Below, piece by piece: positions 23,656-35,647 of a stretch of DNA of 64,000 nt (positions are counted from its first letter, which is position 1; each line of letters starts with the position of its first letter). Under the pieces are notes generated by a model. The model saw only the letters and a list, made by a program, of their open reading frames with translations. It was not told where the DNA came from and did not search any database. This stretch comes from Eukaryota sp. GEM-RC1 (Eukaryota), in NCBI GenBank assembly GCA_040285855.1, contig JAUFOQ010000017.1, positions 1,674,001 to 1,738,000 on the forward strand, in the 5' to 3' direction. Made by a program: the position numbers and the translations under genes.

Positions 23656-25454
23656 TTAAGTACGTTGGAAAGCTTCAGGCCTAGTTCCAAATAAGTAACC
23701 CTCTATAGCGATCTCAAGTTGATTTCTGGAGGCAGAAATATCTCTTGACCAAACCTGAGCACATGTTGGACATCGAAATATGGCGTGATTCACTCTTCTT
23801 ACTCCATCTACTTCATGATATATCAACTGATGCCTCACTTTACAGCAGTTAGTTTTTGCGGAAGTGAAGTATTCATTGCCCATAATAACGGGAAAGAATC
23901 TTTTGAGATATTGAAGGAATCCCTTTCTTGGAGACTTCACTTGCTGCCTAGATGGGCTAGCACCTCCTGTCCCAAACCAAACTCTGATTTGGCTTCCTTG
24001 TGCCATATTTTTCAAATTTTGAGCAAATAAATCAAATCGTTTCTGTTTTCTTATGAAGAAATCGAACTTGTTTCTCCGTAGGTTGGGCCTGTTCCCATTT
24101 AATAAACGCCGTTGTAGACTGTTCTTACTCATATTTTGATCAACAATAGTGGTCGATATCTCGAGCAGATACAGGTACATGTTCTGAACGGAATAGGTGT
24201 TTGACGTAGAGTTGCTCAAAGCACCAAACATAACAGTATTGATAGCCTTGGCTTTTGGCGCCAGTGTAATACCAGAGTCCAATAAATAGTCAGTGTTGGT
24301 TCCAATAGACCAACCACATAGGTTACTGTGGTTGGGATCAATTGCACACCATAACCAATCTTCATCAGGAGGAGGTTCGAAATCAGCTGTTCTCGCACGT
24401 CGTCGTGACGGAGCCACTTTCTTCTGTAGGTTACACTTTCTCTTTCGAGACTTAACCTTGAAGTCTTCGGAGCCACTGGCCCTCCTTGACTCAAACTGCT
24501 CCTTGGTAGGGCGGTTCCTTGTTTTTTTCGGCTTTGTGGAAAAGTTATCCTCAAACTTACACCATCAGAGGCCAGGGTGTAAGTCTGGAAACGGGGGCGT
24601 TTTCTAAACGTTTTCAGTGGGTTACTTTTGAGAGTCCTTGAGAAGTTGAACTTTGTGAAGTGTCTCTCCACTTCCTGAGAGAATGATACAAACACTGGAG
24701 CATAGCTGGCCATTGGAACTAGAGCATGGCGGCGCATACAATCTGGCGCAGCATCCTCGAGAGCAGACAACAGGTTCAATCCAGCAGCGAACAGAAATGA
24801 TGTGTTCGTTTCATTGAGGGCAACAGACCGTTCTGTCAATAGATTATTGAACAGGACAACATCCCCGACTAAGTGATTGAAGGTGGCCAGAGTTTCCTGG
24901 TGATGAGCATTCCACCAGTGCTGCAGTGATGCTCCAGGTTGAGCACCACGTACGACAGCAGAAGCGTATCCCTTAGGGGTCGGGCAGTCGAGGAATACAG
25001 CAGCGGTCCGGAAGAAGTTCAGCTTCCAACTGATTGGACCATCGGCCATCAGTTGTTGAAAAGCTTCAGACAACTGTCGTGATCTATCACTCAAGAGTTG
25101 TGAGTAACACCAGCGTGTCGGTTTGTGTCGGCCAAGAGGGGGGAACGGCCAAATGGATACTGGCGGAAGACTCGACGACAGATGCAGTGCAGTGTACACT
25201 CCATTGTCGTTCTCAAAGGGGCGGTTTACTTTCGGCTCAGAGTGAGCAACGAACCCAAAGCACTGGTACCAGAAACGCTGGTCAGTCAACCAGCGTGCTA
25301 AGTGGGGGTGCTGGAGCACAAACACCCGGGCCAGTAAAGTAGAGTGAACAGCAACGTCTCGAAGGTACCGAAATTGCCTGTCCATCACTGCCCGAGCTGG
25401 CGGGTCAAAAAACTTGGCAAGTGAACACGTGACCGTGGAGGTCGTGGTAGTCAT
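23656..25454 (-). CDS. Fz1: Fanzor1 (eukaryotic TnpB-like RNA-guided RuvC nuclease), ~599 aa, reconstructed
   Basis: N-terminal STVTCSL, SDGVSL, RuvC-I WCAIDPN, VWFGTGG, RuvC-II GNEYFTS, zinc finger TNCC..CPTC, RuvC-III WSRDISASRN, terminal RPEAF. One base missing in a T-run near 24540 joins ORFs 24216..25460 and 23656..24417. Confidence 0.9.
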
Positions 25455-25706
25455 GTTCAAGAAATTTATGAAATATTGTGGATTTTATTGTATTTCAACT
25501 ACAGGTTACTTTCAGAAAAATATTTTACATCAATGATTAGAATCTTTTGGTAAATAAGTACAGTAGACTAGAGGTTGTTGTTCTCAGAATTGTTTGAATG
25601 ATCCCAATGATCTCGCTAGATGAATGAATAAGATTTACGATGGGTCATCTTAATCATCTTAATTCAAACTTTGACTTAGTGACAACGTCTTTGTATATGG
25701 TAGCTA

Positions 25707-26253
25707 CAGTATACAATCCCTGCTAGTGGAATTTGGGACTGACTGACTTTCTCCCCTTGACTTTTTTGATTCTGTGGGATGATTCCATCGTGGCGTTTCT
25801 CTCCTACTTTACATTCATGAATCTCTTTCTCAACATCCTGAAATTCCTGACATCACTAACAGTGATAAAACGGACGACGACTTTAGTAGAGACGATTTGC
25901 TGGAGGAAGAAGGCACTAAGAACATTAAATGAGCTTTCAGGGGTTAGATAATCCTTCGTCATGAAGGCAACCACAAGCTCTTCCTCTTCTGTGATGGATT
26001 TCGCTTGTCTGTCTCCGTTTTCATTCCTTCAACAGCTCTCTACTTAACGTTCTCATCTGATTTCTGTTTTCAAATTCTTCCTTTGGGTGGAGATTTTGTC
26101 TACTACAAACTTTTCTGTTTTTGTGAGGATGCTCCTTCAGTCATCACAGATGTACTTTCTTCGTGGAGATTTAAGACTTTCCTTCTGCATGTGCAATTGT
26201 GAGATTAGATTCCAAGATTTTGACTGGGATAAATCCTGATGGGCTGTATACTG
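25707..26253. mobile_element. Internally deleted DNA transposon remnant (Tc1/mariner-like ends)
   Basis: Ends cagtataca / tgtatactg, both flanked by tagcta (25701-06, 26254-59). Confidence 0.5.
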
Positions 26254-26814
26254 TAGCTAGAGCTAATCCATACATGTTACTGATAGTATGACTGTTTATG
26301 TTGAAGCAAAATCAACGATATTGTTTCCGCTACACTATTATACATAAGTAATTAATAGAATGTACGAAATAAAATACACATCTTTGTGTTAATAAGATTA
26401 TCACATCTAACTTTAGATGATCTTCGACTTGTAGAGCCATTTTCTAATCACTATTCAAAGAAAAGTATAGCGTTCATACTAGTCTGTGAAAATCCAACGA
26501 AAGTAGTCTGTGAAAGTAGAACACAGACACAGAAAGTAACATTACCGTACAAAATCTATAACCGAAAGAGTTTGTCAGATAGTCTTACAGTCAGTAATAA
26601 TTTAACTAAATATTATCAATTCATTTAAGAACAAGCATTCATAATGTTTTGCAGCACAAGAATAGTAGTCTTTCAGGGGTTTTAAATAAATAATAATTCG
26701 TAAATACACTGTGTAGATAAGCTTCTTCAATGACCATTGTAATTTACAAGTCTCAAAGAAATATTTTAATTAGTTGCAATCGATTCATTACATATAGAAC
26801 TTGCATTCAAATGT

Positions 26815-27410
26815 GTAAGCCCTACAAAATCGAATCTTTCGTGGAGCCACTGTTGAGATCACTTGAAATCAATAATTAAAAAAAGTGATTCTGACAATAC
26901 TTTTGGTAAAAGAAGAGCTGATGTCGTAGTTCCATCAGTCAATGATGAACTGATGTTGCTGATGTGATTTTTGTGGATGTTTGCAAAAAAAGTGCATTCA
27001 AGGATGCAAAAATGAAGTTTCTCCACTGAATTCTTCAGAACAATACAAGAGAAACAAATATGATGAACCATTGAATGCTCTCAAACATTCTAGACATGTA
27101 AAGTACAAATTATGTCCTTTTGCAATCTCAATTTATTGTCGACTTGAAAAAGATGCTCTTAGTTTTCTCTCCGATTTTGAGAAAGTTGTCAAAAAAAGAA
27201 TGAACAAGAAATTTGATTTCAAGTTTTGGTTGAATCGTATTGTTTTAACAATATTTAAAACAATTCCTATCATGATTTCAAAAGCTCTATTAGCTCTCAG
27301 TGTTTTCTATGAAGAAAAAGCTGAGGTGAGTTTTAGGTACAATGAATGTTGCTTTAATGATATTGAGTTCTAGTTTTTTTTAGCTATCTTACTGTTTTTG
27401 TTTCCAAAGA
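26815..27410 (+). mobile_element. 3' fragment of an RLE non-LTR retrotransposon
   Basis: FVEPLL...KRRADVVVP, SEQYKRNKY, LCPFAISIY, FWLNRIV. Paralogous to 38525-39185. Confidence 0.7.
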
Positions 27411-27430
27411 AAAGCCTTTTGTAAAAAAAG

Positions 27431-28131
27431 CAGTGTTGCGCCATTGTTTGCCATACACGTATGGACCCCCATACGTCCATACGTCCATACGCGTATGGCA
27501 TTTTCGGTTTTTGCCATACACATTTTGACTACATGTATCTGTATTTGAACTTCTTCGACGCAGAGACTCTATGACTTGTTTAAAATTTTGTAGATAAATA
27601 TTCTTTATTGAAAACTAAACCTCCACTTCATTCATCCATCTCATTTCAAAAATAATCGCCATCAGAATGCCACCTCTGCTGCTATTGTTGGATGTGTTTG
27701 ATCTGAGTTCCATTGATGTGTATAGAACTGTTTTTGATGTGTATAGAACTGTTTTTTTTTGCGTTCTATTATCAGTCTGTTTTTGTTCTTATCTTCCTAT
27801 TTCTGTTCTATATAGTGAAAAAACTACAAAAAAGTCTTTCGTCGCTTTTTGTGAAAAAATGAGTACGTACTCAATCTCTGTCACACGATTTTACAGAGCA
27901 TACTTGTTTTACTAATTTGATGACAAATTGTTTAAGCACAAGGTATGCCTGGCTGCACAAAACACAGTGAGAGTGTATGACATGGTATTTAGACATTATG
28001 AAGCAATGTGATAATGGAAAGATTCTGCTAGATATGGCTTGATAGCCATGGTCAGCCATTCTGCCATTCTACCATACGTCCATACGCCCATACGCGTATG
28101 GCAAATTAATTTTGGTTATGGCGCAACACTG
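27431..28131. mobile_element. hAT-like MITE
   Basis: 14-bp TIR cagtgttgcgccat. CCATACG subterminal repeats at both ends. Near-matching A-rich flanks (taaaaaaag / taaaagag). Confidence 0.8.
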
Positions 28132-28166
28132 TAAAAGAGTCTCAAAACAATCTTCCTGACGCTTCT

Positions 28167-30977
28167 ATGTCTCTCAAAACTTCCCCAGGATATCATTATA
28201 CACGAGATGCTCATCCTGATTCCGTAGATAATATTCTGGCTAACATTGAATCTCAACTGGATGAAGTTTCTGAGCTTTCTCCTTCAGCTTCTGATCATCT
28301 CTTGGAACAGACTCTCTCTGTCTGCAACTCTACACCTTCTCATCATGCTGCTCGTGCATTGATTCTTCTTGACAGCCTTCTTGAATCTGATACCATTATT
28401 TCTCGATTTCGTCCTTCTCCCAAGAACCTCCTACGAATGAACCTCCCTTTCTACATCTCCTCATCCAATGACATCCTTCGTACCCATGCTCTTCACATCT
28501 CCCTTACACTCCTCACTCGCTTTTCCTCTCTCCAAATCGACGACATATCTACAGACCAACTCATACAATCTCGTATCCTCAACCACATCGCCTTCGACTC
28601 CCGTGACTTCCTCCAACGTCAGTTCTCTCTCCTTTCCCAATCCCTTCTCTCTTCCAGCTCTTCTGACAACCACTCTAGAGCTCATTCTTCTTCTTCCTTG
28701 GATGTGTTTGTTGAGGAGGCGGTGGCTACTGCAATTAACAAACACTTTGGAACTTTAGAAAGAGAATTTCGACTATTGAAAGGAGCTCAGGGAGAGATTA
28801 TGAATCAGGCTCAAAAGTGTCCGAGGTAAGCTCAAAATCATTGAGTTCCTTTAATGACAGTAGAATTGAATCTTTAGGAAAGTCTGTTGAATCACTTTCG
28901 GTCAAAATTAATAAGATTTTAGGTCAAAACTCCATGGAACCTGATTTGAGTGAGATTCGACAGCGACTGTCAACACTAGAGACCAAAAAGGACAGTGTAA
29001 TTCAGGATTCGGAAACCTGCCATGACGATACTAATAGTAACTACCTAGAGGAGATCACCAATCTAAGTCAGCTCGTCAATCACATTTCTGATCAGCAATC
29101 TGAATTGATTGCAGACATTTCATCACTAAAAGCAACTGTGAGCTCTATAGACTCAACTACATTGGAGTCAACTACAGAGTTGCCCACTGTTATCCCGGCT
29201 TGGAATCATGACGTTGACTTGAACAATCAATCAGAATTGGATTCCAATAATCAATCAGAATTACTAATTAGGAAGTTGAAATCACTTGAAACTGATATCG
29301 GTGGAGTTCACAAAACTTTCACAGGTTATGATCGTTTATTCCAAGTCTTTCAGAAAGATATTGACCTTTTGAAAGGTCAAAATTCAAAGAATAATGACCG
29401 AGTTTCTCTAATTCAGACTAGAATGGGAGTGACTGAAGATGAGGTTTCTGCTTTTGAAGGAAAGATTAAACACTTTAAAGAGTTGCTGAGAAAAGTTGAT
29501 GTGAAAGTTGACAGTTTTGAAAATTTTAAAATTCTTACTGATAACCTTCAACATAGTTTAGCATCAATGAGGGAGAGAATTAAAAATTTAGAAGAATCTG
29601 TGGAAGACAAATTTGAAATTTTCGATGATTTAGTGGATTGGAAACGGTTTTCAGAACAAAAACTCACAGATTTAAATACTTCAATTCCTGTTTTGTTAAA
29701 ATTTAAAGAAGAAATGTCCGAAATTCTACCAAAATTTAGAAATTCCATTCAAGAATGTGATAGCATGTCGTCTGAAGTTTCTAAAAATTTAAATAATCTC
29801 CAATCATTTGATTCAGATCTATCAACGCTAAAATCCACAATCAATGATCTCAATTCACAGATACTTTCCCAATCTAAATCAATCACTACCTTAGAATCAT
29901 CAATCAATGAATCATCGACCAATCAAGAACAGCTCTCTGATTCAATTTCCATTTTAGCTTCTGCTCAAACAGATCTTTGCAATGCTCTAGAACATACTAA
30001 ATCACTTCTATCAGCTGAGCTTGATTCAAAACTTTCCTCTTTGGGAAACTCTAGTCTGGACCCCAGTCAACGTTTCCATTACTTAGAGTGGGGTTATAAC
30101 AATCGAATGGCGGTCTCTTGGGATCGATTAGAAGATTTTTTAAATATTTTGTTTTCAGAGTTTTATTTGTCGAGTTCTACTACTGTGAGGAAATTGAAGT
30201 GTGATCATCATCAATGTTTGGTTGCAATCAATGAAACTATGCAATCAAATTTGATTGATGATGAGGAACTGGCACTCAACTTCTTGTTTTGTAAGAATTT
30301 TTTGTTAGTTGATGCTAATTTGAAATATTTCGTCGAGAATAGGTGCTACCGACAATTTGTTACCATCATTCAGAGGAATTTGTCCAATGTGTCTCTTGTT
30401 ACTCACTTTTTAAATATTTCCAATCTAATTTCAAAATTTGATCACTATATTGAACATTTAATTAATGAAGGATTTTTAATGATTCTTAAACAGATTTTGT
30501 CGTTAGATTCTCGTGAATTAGTTACTCCAACTTTAGTGCAATCACTTGTTGTTCTTCGAAGTGTTGGTCGATTAGAGTTTTCAATTCCATATTTGTTGGA
30601 ATTTGAAATATTCGAACATATTTTAAATCTTTGTGCAAATTCACAGGTTTTCAATTACTGCACAAAGAATCTTTTATCCTCTGACCTCCCAGCCAATGGT
30701 GAATTTTTAAAATTTTGTGAACATATTTTTGCTGTTTTAAAATGTTTTGCTGTCCATGCCGATGGCTGTTCAACTATAATCTCATCTGAAGTTTTTGATT
30801 TCTGTATCACCACTACCAAAAACTCTGATCAATTAGCTCCCCCTATCAGGTGCAGTTTTGAAGTCGTTGTCGAAGTTCTATAAGGGACAAGTGGCGTTGA
30901 AAGAAAAGGGCGCGCTGGAATTGATTTCTATACGATATCCGCTTATAAAGTCACCGAGAACTCCGCGAGCGCGGTGA
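28167..30977 (+). CDS. Coiled-coil protein with a helical (ARM-like) C-terminus, reconstructed
   Basis: ORFs 28167..28829 and 28817..30883 join at an A-run (~28815). A shift in the C-run at ~30840 gives LSGAVLKSLSKFYKG...RAR* ending at 30977. Confidence 0.65.
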
Positions 30978-31056
30978 TCACGTGATGTAGATTTAATCAG
31001 GAAATGTTTATAAATATTGATGTATTATAAAAAAAGATCTTGTGTTTACAAATGAT

Positions 31057-31515
31057 TTACATGAAGGCAAATGAATGGCCATTTCCAGCCGGTGGTTTGA
31101 CAGGTTTATGGCCAGTAGTTGTCACTTTCAGCTGGTAAGTAGGATCTACCTTTTCAATGAGAACTGAATGGAAGGGCTGGGTGATGGCCATTGTAACCAT
31201 CATACCAGGGGGAGGAGATGAGTAGCGGACATCAACGTGGATAGCTTTGGTGGAGTGATGAACTGTGGCGTTAGTGATTTCAACTGAATATCCACCTGAG
31301 TTAGCTTGTCCGTAAAAGGCTACGAGAAGAGAGTGTGCATTAAGATCCGGTGGAGGGCTTGAGAAAACGTTTTGGAAGCGACTGTATTCTGTTGGAGTAC
31401 AGATAAGTTTCACTCCTGTTTCGGTATGAGGACAATAGCTTCCAGATTTGAATGTTTGTACCATGTTAGCTAAGATAATGGAAAAGAAGAAGGAAAAGAC
31501 AACTGAAAAGGACAT
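31057..31515 (-). CDS. Secreted small protein with a PrcB C-terminal-like domain
   Basis: Hydrophobic signal peptide, then LVAFYGQANSGGYSVEI...SPPPGMMVTMAITQPFHSVLI, matching the bacterial PrcB_C pattern G..P/NTGGY.V.I...P......Q.IT.P. Confidence 0.7.
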   Translation of the reverse strand: MSFSVVFSFFFSIILANMVQTFKSGSYCPHTETGVKLICTPTEYSRFQNVFSSPPPDLNAHSLLVAFYGQANSGGYSVEITNATVHHSTKAIHVDVRYSSPPPGMMVTMAITQPFHSVLIEKVDPTYQLKVTTTGHKPVKPPAGNGHSFAFM

Positions 31516-31819
31516 CAGTTTGTATTTAATTGAACTACTATTGATATGTACAGTCTTTTTTGTTATGATGCTCCTTCAGTTATCTCAGATGTACTTGCTG
31601 TCTTGTGTTCTTCATAGCTATCCCTTCTTTGTTTACTATAACATCAAGAATGATATCAAATTTGTCAATGTGTCACTGCTTTATCTTTGAACCCCTTTCT
31701 CTCCGTCTTACTGAGAACGGGAACCCACCAGTATCATCAGTAGAATGGCCCGCATTTTAACTTTTATTTCACACAACAATAAAGACCCATATATATCTGT
31801 TCACTCTGCACCGAAGCAA

Positions 31820-31890
31820 CCCCCGGTTTATGTCCAAATTCGGTTTATGTCCAGTCCAAGAGGTGGACATAAACCGGGGGAAGACTGTAC
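31820..31890. mobile_element. Single end of a Tc1/pogo-like MITE
   Basis: Repeated cggtttatgtcca plus inverted tggacataaaccgggggaagactg-ta. No partner end found. Confidence 0.4.
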
Positions 31891-32214
31891 TAGTACTGGA
31901 GTCAACTCATAGCCTATATTAAATACCATTTAAATTAAACCAGTTTATGACTATTATCAGCTTCATTTGTAGGTAAAAAAGCGAAATTGAGATAACAATT
32001 TGAGTAGCCTTCTAAATATGACTTAGAAGTCGAATCCAGTCAACTCCGCTCATGAGTCGAGTCGAGTCGGCTGACAAAAGATCAAAGTCTAGTCGAGTCG
32101 AGTCGAGTCGTGCACATGTCTAGTACTAAGCTTGTTACAACCACAAGACCAAATGTGTGGTGTCAGTATGGTACACGGGATTGCTGCAAACATTTAATGA
32201 TCCATAAAAGATAT

Positions 32215-32295
32215 AAACAGTCTACCCTCCCATTATGACCACCCTTCGAATAAGTCTGGTAAGACACCTGGTCATTTTAGGAGGATAGACTGTTT
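32215..32295. repeat. Tiny inverted-repeat element
   Basis: aaacagtctaccctcc ... ggaggatagactgttt. Confidence 0.45.
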
Positions 32296-33248
32296 GTACC
32301 GTAGGGTACAAAGATTAAAGAAAAGATGTTTATATATGAAATATACAATACCAACCAACTACAACCACCAACAACCACCAAATAATTGCAGCAACATATG
32401 TTTGACTAATCGATCAACAAATAGAAACAACAAAAAGTTGGAACTAAATTTGGAATACATGTGATAAACTACATGTTTAACTGTGTTTATGAAATACAAA
32501 CTTGTATAACAAAAATCAGAAGTACAATGCTACGTCAACAGCAGAATTTTGTGATGAATGATGTCCCTGTTTATGTATCTTTATTTTTGTTTCTGTATTC
32601 TGTATTTGTATCCGTATTTGGAAATGTTTTCGTGTATTTCCTAGGTATGGTTTTCCGTCAGCAAATATCGTTAGCTCTATTTTATAAATTATTAATCTAG
32701 GAAATGATGTAATGCGACTTCTCAACAATACATCAGTGTAATAAACTGGATTTTCAGTTTGAACTCATTCGAGGGTCAGTTTTCAGAAAGTATCACAAGT
32801 TTAATGTTTTTCAAAAGAAAAACAGTTGATTGATGGAAGGTACAAAAATACATATCACAATAAAAGCTATGAAATACTAGACAAAGAAAATTTCTGGTCA
32901 ACAGTACCACAGTTTTTACACAACGTTGTGAAACTTGATTTAAAAATTTTAGGCATCGAACGGAACAAAGGTAAAATCAAACGGTTATGCCAAATTGATA
33001 AGTTAAATCTCTTATTCTTAGAATAACTTACACATAGATCCAAAATCAGTTAAAAACTTAGAAGCCATTTCACCAAAACTACCAAAAATAGAAATAGCAA
33101 ATGGAACAAATATAAAGTTTGAATATCAATTTTGATTGAGTTTTAGCAACATCTTTGGAATACAAACCAATTTTACGTTTTTCAGCTGTTTCCAGGTGAT
33201 TGCAACCTTTTGAATTTAAACCATTAACAAAAGTTTGAGCACATGGAT

Positions 33249-34899
33249 CGTTTCATTGAACTTTCTTTAAGTATTGGTTCAACAATTAATTTTGATAACT
33301 GTTTTGTTGTTGTTAAGTCTTCGAATGTTTCTAATATTGGTTTTTGTAATATTCCTATCATTGATTATTCTACTCAATGTTTTCGTTTTATTGGCATATT
33401 TTTTTGGAAATTATGAGAAAATTCATTCAAAATTGGAGGGTTCATTGACTACCATTGAACAAAAACCTAATCAAATATTATCTTTAGATGTGAGTAAACA
33501 TGTTTCTTTTGCTATGCTTCAGGTCTGTTTTGCCGGGAAAATTAATCATTTTGTACGTTCATTAGACTATTCCCTTACTGAAACATTTGCCAAGAAATTC
33601 AATTCTATTAGAACAAATTTTCTCTCTAACTTGGCAGAAATTGATGAGTCTAAGATTCCATTTCATGCTTTTTATTCTTCTGAATTCGCAGGAGTAGGTT
33701 TCACCCATTCAAAAATCATTAGAAAATCTGCTCTTTTAGGAGGTGTTCAGAATTTTATGTTGGAATTTTTGAAACGGTTTCCCCCTGAATGGAATCAATC
33801 TGTTGAATTCCAGTAATTGCCGTTGGATTCAATCTGCTAAAGATTTGGTATCATCTTTGTCTCCTGAAATGTGGGAATCTTGGTTCCCTGCTCACTTAAA
33901 GGAGACTCTTTTAAACAATATTTCGTCTCTACCGTCTGCTGTATGTAAACTGCAAAATAAATTGACAAGGAGTTTGAACTCTTGGACTTTAATAATCGTA
34001 TTAGCTTGGCTAATACTAATAGTCCCGAGTTCACCGCTTCTTTAATTGACCTTTGTACTTTCCGAATTTATTTCTCAAATTCCTAAGGTGTTTGGATTAC
34101 ATCTATCTGACGAAGCTTGGATAATCAATATGCGTCTTCGTTTGGCTATTTGGCCTGCAAATTTATTAAACTATAACTTGTTCTTCTGGAGCTAATGGTG
34201 TTTTTCGTCATTTAATTAATTGTCGATATTTTATTCATCTACGTGCAGTAATTCATGATGGTGTACGTGATTCTTGCTATTCCATGTTTAAAGCACATGG
34301 TTTGCACTCTAAAGATGAACCAGTTTTGAATCATCTTTCAGAAAATGAATTTTCTGCTCAAAAAAGAGGGGAGCTCCATACTCCGTGGCTTAAATCGAGT
34401 CAATCATTAGTGGAATTTACTACAGTAGATGTTTGCAACAAATCTTGTGTTAGTAGGATATTAGATTCTTCTTTTAATCCGTTAACAGCTGGTGAAAAGC
34501 TCAAACACTCCAAGTATGACTCTCAAGTAGAAGAATTAAATAGAAACTCATATTCCAAATTTGTGTTTCAACCTTTTGCTGTTTCTCTTTTTGGATCTAT
34601 TAGTCCTGCTGGTGATCAATTTTTCAAGGATTTCGATGAACTGTGTAAAGAAAAGAAGCGTAAGTTTAGAATGGCTGAATGGAAAAACCGTATAGTGTTT
34701 TCCATATATCGGAATATGCCTTTCTATTTCTCTCGATTAATTGAGAAATTGTACAAGTTTGGTGTGAAGGTTAATGTTGAAAAACGTAATCATTTACCGG
34801 GTGGTGATGAAGTCGTTTGGCTGTAATCTTAGTATTATTTGTTTGATTTTACAATTTCATAGTTTTGTAGGAAGGTTACCTTATTGGGCACCGAATAAG
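33249..34899 (+). mobile_element. Second 5'-truncated copy of the RLE retrotransposon at 18-1690
   Basis: High identity over ORFs 33274..33816, 33803..34045 and 34284..34826 and the 3' UTR. More disruptions than the first copy. Confidence 0.85.
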
Positions 34900-35647
34900 A
34901 AAAATTTACTTCAACTCCAAGCTTCAAATGTTAGATCTTCTGGATTTTGTTCTTCACAGAATCTCAATTTGGTTAGAATTTACTAAAGATTGAGTAGTTT
35001 CAGAAAACATGACACCGTATTTCTCACTTAAGAGGCAAAATGATCAAGAGAAACATTCAAATCAAAACATATTTGATTTGTCAGTATCTTGAATACTGAA
35101 TATGATCCGCTGAAAGACGCTGAGAACTCTAAAGCATCAAAAGCTGCACATCGCATTGCTGATTAAATTTCATGAAGACAAAATCTTTAAGCAGGTCTCT
35201 TTTTGCCACGTATGATGACATGGTTTTTAGTAGCTGATATGCGTGTTTTTAGTTAAAACACGTGGTTATCCTCATAATGGGGAGCGTATAGCAGGTGTCA
35301 TCTATACTGTGTTAGAAAATCGATGGTAATTCCGACTGACAACGCTACCAATTTTTTTAATGCCATAAGCAGGTTGAATGGAGTAGACAAAGCTCCTTTT
35401 CGACAATGCACTCCGCAGCTCTCATATTCAATTGTTAATGTTGGCCTCGAAGAAGTAAGTACATGTACAGTGTTGGAGAATGTACGAGCTCTAGTAGAGT
35501 TACTTCACCAATCTCTTGGCATTCGGCAGGAACTTGAAGATCAGTTTGTCGAAATTCATTCGATGACAAATGTTATTCTCATAAAGTCAATCGAAACAGA
35601 TTGTTTTTGAATCCTCTACATGTAGTAAGTTCCTTCATTATATCGCC

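Noticed and set aside
25707..26253. TIR element as the carrier of the compact Fanzor
   Set aside because: Both of its ends lie upstream of the Fanzor, so it does not enclose the gene.
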